Below, piece after piece: positions 33,378-38,790 of a stretch of 38,790 nt of DNA. Within the stretch, counting starts at the first letter, position 1. Each line of letters begins with the position of its first letter. This stretch comes from a virus. The DNA lies in IMG/VR virus record IMGVR_UViG_3300009964_000017. One strand, written 5' to 3'. The notes below the pieces were generated by a model that searched no databases, had not been told where the DNA came from, and was given only the letters and a program-made list of their open reading frames with translations. A program made the position numbers and the translations under genes.

Positions 33378-33513
33378 AGAAAGAGCAACTCGACCTAGCC
33401 CTCTACGAACTCGCAGGGGTCACTAGCACCCACCACCTGGTAGACATCTGTGAAGACGGCGATCTAGAAACATACATCCAATTCACCAAACTATAAAACG
33501 AAGGAGCAGAGCA

Positions 33514-33762
33514 ATGAGCACAACAATCAACCAGAATATTAGAGCAGACATCGAAAAAATCATTGAACAAGAATTCCCCGGCCATGAGCTAGTAGTCCTA
33601 ACTACCAGAGTCAAGGATAAGAAAACCGTCTCCGTCGAAGCTGGAGTCATCAACGAGACAGAACAGATTGCCGTCTTCATCGACGCATACTTCGAGAACG
33701 GGCTACGCTACCTCGACAGCTGGCTAGTCACCGAAACAAACTACAAGCTAAGGAATAACTAA
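33514..33762 (+). CDS. Hypothetical protein (resembles the N-terminal half of the 34085 product)
   Basis: An 82-aa ORF with RBS GAAGGAG. IEKIIEQEFPGHEL... aligns by eye with VKKLLNKEAPGATL... of the 34085 ORF. Confidence 0.5.
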   Translation: MSTTINQNIRADIEKIIEQEFPGHELVVLTTRVKDKKTVSVEAGVINETEQIAVFIDAYFENGLRYLDSWLVTETNYKLRNN

Positions 33763-33766
33763 AGCT

Positions 33767-34075
33767 ATGAACGTCCAAACACTGGCTGCAGCGTTCGATA
33801 TTGTTATCGACTTGGATAAAAGGCCACACGGTTACATGCCTCTCAACATGGCGACAGTTAGGCTAGGGTTGATCTATTTAGCGAACCATGCATACACCTT
33901 AGAGCGCGGCAGAACACTTGTAATGCTCGATCTGGAACACATGAGAAACTTCCTTGACGTGACCGGAGCTGTTGTTACAGAGATTCTCGATTGCCTAGAA
34001 GACAACGGGCTAATCGAAAAGACATACGCGAACCTATGCCAGGTAGCAAAGAGCGAATACTATGTGCTCTTCTAG
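33767..34075 (+). CDS. Winged-helix-like DNA-binding protein (paralog family; possible origin-binding or replication organiser)
   Basis: DLDKRPHGYMPLNMATVRLGLIYLANHAY...MRNFLDVTGAVVTEILDCLEDNGLIEK parallels DIAKRQDPYLPISKAATRLALLYLVNESY...MCQFLGVTDYTLEEILYCLELNGHITK of the next gene. Confidence 0.5.
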   Translation: MNVQTLAAAFDIVIDLDKRPHGYMPLNMATVRLGLIYLANHAYTLERGRTLVMLDLEHMRNFLDVTGAVVTEILDCLEDNGLIEKTYANLCQVAKSEYYVLF

Positions 34076-34084
34076 GAGGAACTC

Positions 34085-34594
34085 ATGAAACTAATATCCG
34101 AACGAGTCAAAAAGCTACTGAATAAAGAGGCCCCAGGGGCGACACTCAAGAACTATATGCTCGACAAAACGCCACTAGGGTATTCCGTCAAAATCCATGC
34201 AGTACATGATACGCACAACATAGTAATCTACGCGCACCTCAACAAACACGGGTACCAAATTCACCAGATAACCAATACAAACGTTGCAAAGATAGGAGCA
34301 GAAATGAAGGAAGCACTACGACAGAAAGCCTGGGAAGCGCAAGTTGATATTGCGAAACGACAAGACCCATATTTGCCCATAAGTAAAGCAGCTACACGGC
34401 TAGCGCTGCTTTACCTCGTAAACGAATCGTATTTACCCAAAGAAGGAAAATCTCAAGTTGAAGTACATAAGGAAAACATGTGCCAATTCTTAGGTGTAAC
34501 AGACTACACCCTAGAAGAAATCCTGTACTGTCTAGAGCTGAACGGGCACATCACAAAAATATCTACTAAACCTGAATACCGGATCAACCTGTGA
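34085..34594 (+). CDS. Fused paralog (33514-like N-terminal domain plus winged-helix C-terminal domain)
   Basis: A 169-aa ORF with RBS TAGGAGGA. For the domain correspondence, see the two preceding genes. Confidence 0.55.
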   Translation: MKLISERVKKLLNKEAPGATLKNYMLDKTPLGYSVKIHAVHDTHNIVIYAHLNKHGYQIHQITNTNVAKIGAEMKEALRQKAWEAQVDIAKRQDPYLPISKAATRLALLYLVNESYLPKEGKSQVEVHKENMCQFLGVTDYTLEEILYCLELNGHITKISTKPEYRINL

Positions 34595-35022
34595 GAAAAC
34601 AACCAGTACAAGACCCAATAATTCAGGCACCCGAATACCCGCCAGGCAGCCCACAATGGGTAACCAAAGAACTAGCCAACACACCAAACAGTACCCAGTC
34701 CAGGCAAGCACACATCAACCACTGCAAACAATGCGGCCACATGATCCTAACCGGCCTCGACGGAGACCACACAGCAGGCCCCGCACAAGCAGAACCAACC
34801 ACCCTAGACTGGGTACAACAAAACATCCACCACGCCACAGGCAGGAGACTCTACCTCATAGACCAAACAGAAACCTCATACCACCTCAACATCATTCACG
34901 ACCCAAACCCACACCAATGGCTAAAAATCGTTCCGCAACACATCTGTGGAAGACCCGCCACCGGTGAACCACTATTCAAAAATGAGACAGGAGAAACAGA
35001 CAATGAGCAGCCACCGTTCTAA
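34591..35022 (+). CDS. Hypothetical protein (CxxC...HxC, possible zinc-binding)
   Basis: A 143-aa ORF with a GTG start in a GTGA overlap with the upstream stop. It contains HCKQCGH and a later QHICG. Confidence 0.4.
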   Translation: MRKQPVQDPIIQAPEYPPGSPQWVTKELANTPNSTQSRQAHINHCKQCGHMILTGLDGDHTAGPAQAEPTTLDWVQQNIHHATGRRLYLIDQTETSYHLNIIHDPNPHQWLKIVPQHICGRPATGEPLFKNETGETDNEQPPF

Positions 35023-35452
35023 ACCAGCACACTACGAAGAAACCATCCTCGGCATCAAACTTGATGAAATCATCGGGGAGCTACCGTACTGGCTCGGTGC
35101 AGCATTCAAATACGTTTGGCGTGCAAAAAAGAAAAACGGTGCAGAAGACATCATCAAAGCGTTAGATGTCACCGCACGGGCAGAAGGCAAAGGCGGACTA
35201 GAACTAACCAGCCATGTAACTAACTGCTTCAAGAGCCTAGCAGCCTTACGGCATGAGTATGATCTGCGGCAACACTGCATCGGCCTGCTATCTGTCCGGG
35301 CACTAATGTGGGCAGGAGAATACGTGAACCTATCCGAAGAGACACGAGAAAATAACGATTTCTTCCTCTATCGCAGCCTGTCACGATACCTCGTGCAGCT
35401 CCACTGGGAAGAGAAAAAAGAAGCACTGTCCCTAAATGAGGAAGGAAACTAA
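35003..35452 (+). CDS. DUF3310 domain protein
   Basis: KPAHYEETILGIKLDEIIGELPYWLGAAFKYVWRAKKKNGAEDIIKALDV matches the DUF3310 signature (HY...KY..R...K.G.ED..KA). ATG at 35003 follows ACAGGAGAAAC. Confidence 0.7.
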   Translation: MSSHRSKPAHYEETILGIKLDEIIGELPYWLGAAFKYVWRAKKKNGAEDIIKALDVTARAEGKGGLELTSHVTNCFKSLAALRHEYDLRQHCIGLLSVRALMWAGEYVNLSEETRENNDFFLYRSLSRYLVQLHWEEKKEALSLNEEGN

Positions 35453-35455
35453 AAA

Positions 35456-35998
35456 ATGGGGTCATTCACGCTACGTATCGACGCAACCGAAGCACAAAAA
35501 TACCGTGCCAACTATTGGGACTTCACATTAACAGGTGAACTCGTAGACAACGCACACCAAACCCAAAAAGCAAAAATTAATGCACGACTCACCATCGACC
35601 GTGACGACCCAACACCACGATACCTAGTCTCATGGGTGACAGTATCCCGCGATAAAAACCGTGAAGTACAGACAGTCCCCGGGCTACTCGCAGAATCACA
35701 AACAGCGCTCGGCAACCTCCTAAAAATCCGTGTCTGCTCCGCGCTCGGAGTGATGATTACCCCGCACTACTTCATCAACCCAGACATGGTAGACACAAGC
35801 TTCAGTGAATACCTAGAGGCACTACTCGAAGAAACAGATGAAGGGCTGGATACTGTCGTCCAGTTCAAAGAAAAATCTGACACCATGTCCCTATTCGCGG
35901 AAATAACCGAAGAAATGGGCACCATCGCCAACGAGTGGAAACACCGGTTTTCACAGTTTGCCAACAAGGTAGCTAACCAGGACGGAGAAGAAAAATGA
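35456..35998 (+). CDS. Hypothetical protein
   Basis: A 180-aa ORF with RBS GGAAGGAAA. No motif was recognised. Confidence 0.45.
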   Translation: MGSFTLRIDATEAQKYRANYWDFTLTGELVDNAHQTQKAKINARLTIDRDDPTPRYLVSWVTVSRDKNREVQTVPGLLAESQTALGNLLKIRVCSALGVMITPHYFINPDMVDTSFSEYLEALLEETDEGLDTVVQFKEKSDTMSLFAEITEEMGTIANEWKHRFSQFANKVANQDGEEK

Positions 35999-36483
35999 GG
36001 ATCGGAGCACCCATAGAAGTAGAAGTAACCCCAGAAGGCGAATTCGCAAAACTAATCTGGGAACGCTGGCTACCCCTCGGACAGAAAACATTCCTCTCCA
36101 CCAATAAACAATCAGCCTCGCACTGGACGACACGATCCAAAAACGCGAAAGCCTGGCGGCAAGCCGCAAACGACGACGCCAAACAGCAAGGCAACCCGCT
36201 ACCCACCGGGCTAGACTACGCAACCATAGACGCATGGGTCTACAAAAACAGGGCAGGCAGATACGACCCCGCAAACCTCTACCCCTGCCTAAAAGCAATC
36301 ATCGACGGGTACGTAGACGCCGGGCTAACCGAAGACGACAACTATAAGCACCTCGACGGCCCACACCTACACCACGGCGGATTCACCAAAGAAAACCCAG
36401 GAATCCTAATACGGATCACCTGGCAGAACCCCAACGAACGCCCAAAAACCCCGCAACCACACTCAACAATCAGCAAGGAATAA
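35995..36483 (+). CDS. rusA: RusA-like Holliday junction resolvase
   Basis: RYDPANLYPCLKAIIDGYVDAGLTEDDNYKHL parallels RusA [25 protein letters not shown]. The N-terminus STNKQSASHWTTRSKNAKAWRQAA is also RusA-like. The ATGA overlaps the upstream stop. Confidence 0.65.
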   Translation: MRIGAPIEVEVTPEGEFAKLIWERWLPLGQKTFLSTNKQSASHWTTRSKNAKAWRQAANDDAKQQGNPLPTGLDYATIDAWVYKNRAGRYDPANLYPCLKAIIDGYVDAGLTEDDNYKHLDGPHLHHGGFTKENPGILIRITWQNPNERPKTPQPHSTISKE

Positions 36484-36485
36484 CG

Positions 36486-37064
36486 ATGCAAAACCTAGAA
36501 ACACTCGTACACGAATTCACCAGAAGCCACCTCACCCGCTACCACACCCCAGGAAAGGACGAATACTACAAACAAATCTCCCTCCTAGAACAACTCGAAA
36601 ACCTCAAAACCGAACGCAGAACCACCTCAGGAGGCACAAGAGGCGGCGGGTCATGCATCCCCCTCAACCAGAATGCAACCCTAATCCAAGCAACCATCGA
36701 ACACACCATCCGGTACCAGCTCGGACGCATCAACCTTGACGCGCTACTACAGCCGCTACCTCAACGACTCGAAACCTGGGCAAACAGCATCGACGAAATA
36801 GAAGCGCGAGACACACTCACCCGCTGGAAAGAATCAATCCTCGCACTAACCGACGTGCTAGTCCCCATTGACGTGTACTGCCCCGCCTGCGGAATCCACA
36901 CCGTAAACATAACCAGCGACGGGGAAACCAGGCGGCAGAACGCGATCATCATCAACACCCGCACCGAAACAGCCTCTTGCCTCCACTGCCTCACCTCGTG
37001 GGTAGGTATGGAAACATGGGAGCCGCTAAAACAAGCCGCAGCACCAAGAAAGCAGGCAGCATAA
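36486..37064 (+). CDS. Hypothetical protein with a C-terminal zinc ribbon (CPACG...CLHC)
   Basis: A 192-aa ORF, penultimate gene of the early/middle operon. Confidence 0.45.
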   Translation: MQNLETLVHEFTRSHLTRYHTPGKDEYYKQISLLEQLENLKTERRTTSGGTRGGGSCIPLNQNATLIQATIEHTIRYQLGRINLDALLQPLPQRLETWANSIDEIEARDTLTRWKESILALTDVLVPIDVYCPACGIHTVNITSDGETRRQNAIIINTRTETASCLHCLTSWVGMETWEPLKQAAAPRKQAA

Positions 37065-37522
37065 TGCAACTCGATTCATGGAAAAAATACAACCCGCACC
37101 GAACGGATATTGTGGGTGCACCAATGAGCCCGTCCCAAATATCACCGCGTCTTGACGGGTCATCCATCTACAAATACGGGTGCTGGTGCAAATACTGCGA
37201 CTGGCAAAGCTGCTGGTACGGCACCTGGGAAGAAGCTATGCGTGCCGCCTCGCAGCACTGGGAAGAAGCTAGGTTATTCCAATGGCCCACTAAAAAGGAA
37301 CGTCACGTACTAGACACTGCGGGTATATTCGCCACACCAGAATCAACCAACGTGAACAACGACGCAATATCCCTCGAATGCCAGCAATGCGGGTGGGGGA
37401 AACTAACCGTATATGGTGCAGCCCTCGAACCAAAACTTTACGGGGCAAACCTCTATGGAGAAATCATATCTTCTCACCTTTGGGTGCGACACAGGGAAGA
37501 GTTGAACCTACCGCCCGTATAG
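37064..37522 (+). CDS. Hypothetical Cys/Trp-rich protein
   Basis: ATG at 37064 lies in a TAATG overlap with the upstream stop. The sequence contains GCWCKYCDWQSCWYGTW and CQQCGWG. Confidence 0.45.
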   Translation: MQLDSWKKYNPHRTDIVGAPMSPSQISPRLDGSSIYKYGCWCKYCDWQSCWYGTWEEAMRAASQHWEEARLFQWPTKKERHVLDTAGIFATPESTNVNNDAISLECQQCGWGKLTVYGAALEPKLYGANLYGEIISSHLWVRHREELNLPPV

Positions 37523-37834
37523 TATATAATGGGTACAGCGCATTTAGTGCGCCAAAAAACATGTAGATACTTTTGTCTTATCTGTCTCTGCATCATAAGG
37601 TTCTCATACAAAAATAGAAGTCACCTACAGCGCATATTAGGAGGCTTCTATTTTTTTGTATGCACATAAAAAGAACCACCGCCAAAAATCTGGGGAGAAT
37701 AACACAGGCGGCAAAGAATAGTTAGTCACACGCACCACACACCCTGCCATATAAAACGTCGGCAAGGGTGTGTGGTGCACTAAAACCCTAGCACAAGCAG
37801 ACCACATGAAAGCCCGCGTGAAGGGAGGTACCGC
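37523..37834. promoter_or_regulatory. Structured non-coding region upstream of terS (candidate pac/cos site and/or late promoter)
   Basis: A 312-bp gap holding a TATAAT at 37525-37530, direct repeats TACAGCGCAT(A)TTAG at 37534-37547 and 37626-37640, and hairpins at 37605-37662 and 37732-37778. Confidence 0.5.
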
Positions 37835-38419
37835 ATGAAATCAGATAAGCCACGTTGCGGCGCGAAAACCCGCTCTGGCGGCACATGCCAAAAATTCCCG
37901 CTGCTAGGTGGTAAGCGTTGCGCTAAACACGGTGGTGGTGCCCCTCAGGTGCGCCGCAAAAACAAGCAGAGGCTAGAACGGTACGCTGTCGAAAAGAAAG
38001 TCGCACGTGAAGTCCAGGCGCTCAGTGTAGACGCCATAGACGGCGTGACTGACCCCCTGGCTGAGCTGCAGCGGCTCACCACCGAGGCGATCCACTTCAA
38101 AGACGCACTAGGCGGAATGGTAAACGACCTAGAAAAAGACATCTCAACATACAGCAGTGACGGTGTTGAGCATGCCCGCACCGTCATAGACCTTTACGGT
38201 GCCGCAATGGATCGCACCGCAAAATTCCTAGAAGTCGCCATGCGGCACGACATTGCAGGCAAACTAGCCGCAATCGAAGAAGCAAAAGCCGTCGCTGTTG
38301 GTGCAGTACTCATGCGCACACTCAACGCGCTAAACCTGCCACCAGAACAAATAGAGAAAGCACACAAAATCATGGTCGCCGAATTCCGCAAACAAGAGCT
38401 AGAAGCGGCAGACGAATAA
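37835..38419 (+). CDS. terS: Terminase small subunit (putative)
   Basis: A 194-aa ORF with RBS GAAGGGAGG, immediately upstream of terL. It has an N-terminal zinc-ribbon-like basic motif CGAKTRSGGTCQKFPLLGGKRCAKHGG. Confidence 0.6.
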   Translation: MKSDKPRCGAKTRSGGTCQKFPLLGGKRCAKHGGGAPQVRRKNKQRLERYAVEKKVAREVQALSVDAIDGVTDPLAELQRLTTEAIHFKDALGGMVNDLEKDISTYSSDGVEHARTVIDLYGAAMDRTAKFLEVAMRHDIAGKLAAIEEAKAVAVGAVLMRTLNALNLPPEQIEKAHKIMVAEFRKQELEAADE

Positions 38420-38439
38420 CAAACAAATGGGTGGTTGGT

Positions 38440-38790
38440 ATGGGTAGCGGGTTCTGGGGGCACCTCGCAGACATATTCGCGCCACGCGAAACACCATACA
38501 AAACACCCGGCGAACTAGCCATAGACCTAGACCCGCAAACAGTGCAAACCCCCGCGCTAGACCTCATAGACCGCAAACTCGTTGAAGCGTTCAACACACC
38601 CGACTCACGCCTCATAATCTCCATGCCACCCCAAGAAGGGAAATCGCAAAGAGCATCACGCAGATTCGTAGAATGGGTGCTATCCCAACGACCAAACACC
38701 CGCGTCGTCATAGCCTCATACCAGAAAGAAATCGCCACCGAATGGGCTGGCACCATCCGCGACGACATCCGCATGCACTCAGACAAACTC
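38440..38790 (+). CDS. terL: Terminase large subunit, N-terminal part (runs off the window end and continues at nt 1-1261)
   Basis: ATG at 38440. It translates to MGSGFWGHLADIF...SRLIISMPPQEGKSQRASRRFVEWVLSQRPNTRVVIASYQ, with the Walker A-like PPQEGKS, and there is no stop before the window end. Confidence 0.9.
   Translation, partial: MGSGFWGHLADIFAPRETPYKTPGELAIDLDPQTVQTPALDLIDRKLVEAFNTPDSRLIISMPPQEGKSQRASRRFVEWVLSQRPNTRVVIASYQKEIATEWAGTIRDDIRMHSDKL
38664..38790. repeat. Terminal overlap, identical to 1-127
   Basis: Direct comparison of both window ends. Confidence 0.95.

Larger units (their letters stand above)
1..38663. mobile_element. Complete circular temperate siphovirus-type phage genome (unit length 38,663 bp)
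   Basis: The 127-bp terminal overlap closes the circle. A full set of packaging, head, tail, lysis, integration, immunity and replication modules is present, and no host genes are recognisable. Confidence 0.9.

Noticed and set aside
37638-37725. AGGAGG at 37638-37643 followed by a 21-codon mini-ORF starting at ATG 37660.
   Set aside because: The spacing of 16 nt between the SD-like sequence and the ATG is too long. Both elements are part of the hairpin at 37605-37662, and the peptide has no features.

Overview
This window is a complete, circularly closed temperate siphovirus-type phage genome (or excised prophage) with a unit length of 38,663 bp. Nt 1-127 are identical to nt 38664-38790, and the large-terminase ORF reads straight across that junction. 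Almost all genes are on the + strand. The late region runs terS (37835), terL (38440, wrapping to 1261), portal, MuF-like head protein, scaffold, DUF2190-like decoration protein, major capsid, four head/tail completion genes and major tail protein. It continues with a tail-chaperone pair that needs a +1 frame change, a 1510-aa tape measure, Dit/Tal-like proteins, a receptor-binding protein with an embedded glycosidase-like domain, an SGNH-like esterase, a membrane protein, an amidase endolysin and a holin. A perfect terminator follows, then an AT-rich reverse-strand two-gene cargo cassette, an attP-like non-coding region, and a tyrosine integrase and XRE repressor (both on -). A divergent Cro-like switch then opens a + strand early operon. 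That operon encodes an excisionase-like HTH, small membrane proteins, a 4x zinc-ribbon protein, a Cas4-like exonuclease, a Prim-Pol/D5-type primase-helicase, an iteron origin, three paralogous winged-helix genes, a DUF3310 protein and a RusA-like resolvase. Lysin-then-holin order, the HTH_17 gene, the Cas4-like nuclease and the Ala-rich tape measure suggest an actinobacterial host, but that is inference only. The observations most worth follow-up are: (1) the orphan cargo cassette at the lysis/attP junction, a classical prophage-expressed defence or anti-defence locus; (2) the GTGACAC iteron origin next to a split/fused/frameshifted paralog array; (3) a non-canonical +1 tail-chaperone frameshift; (4) compositional switches inside the integrase and primase-helicase genes that coincide with domain boundaries; (5) a tail-tip pair of putative carbohydrate-active enzymes. 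All functional calls rest on motif recognition and synteny, because no database search or computation was possible.
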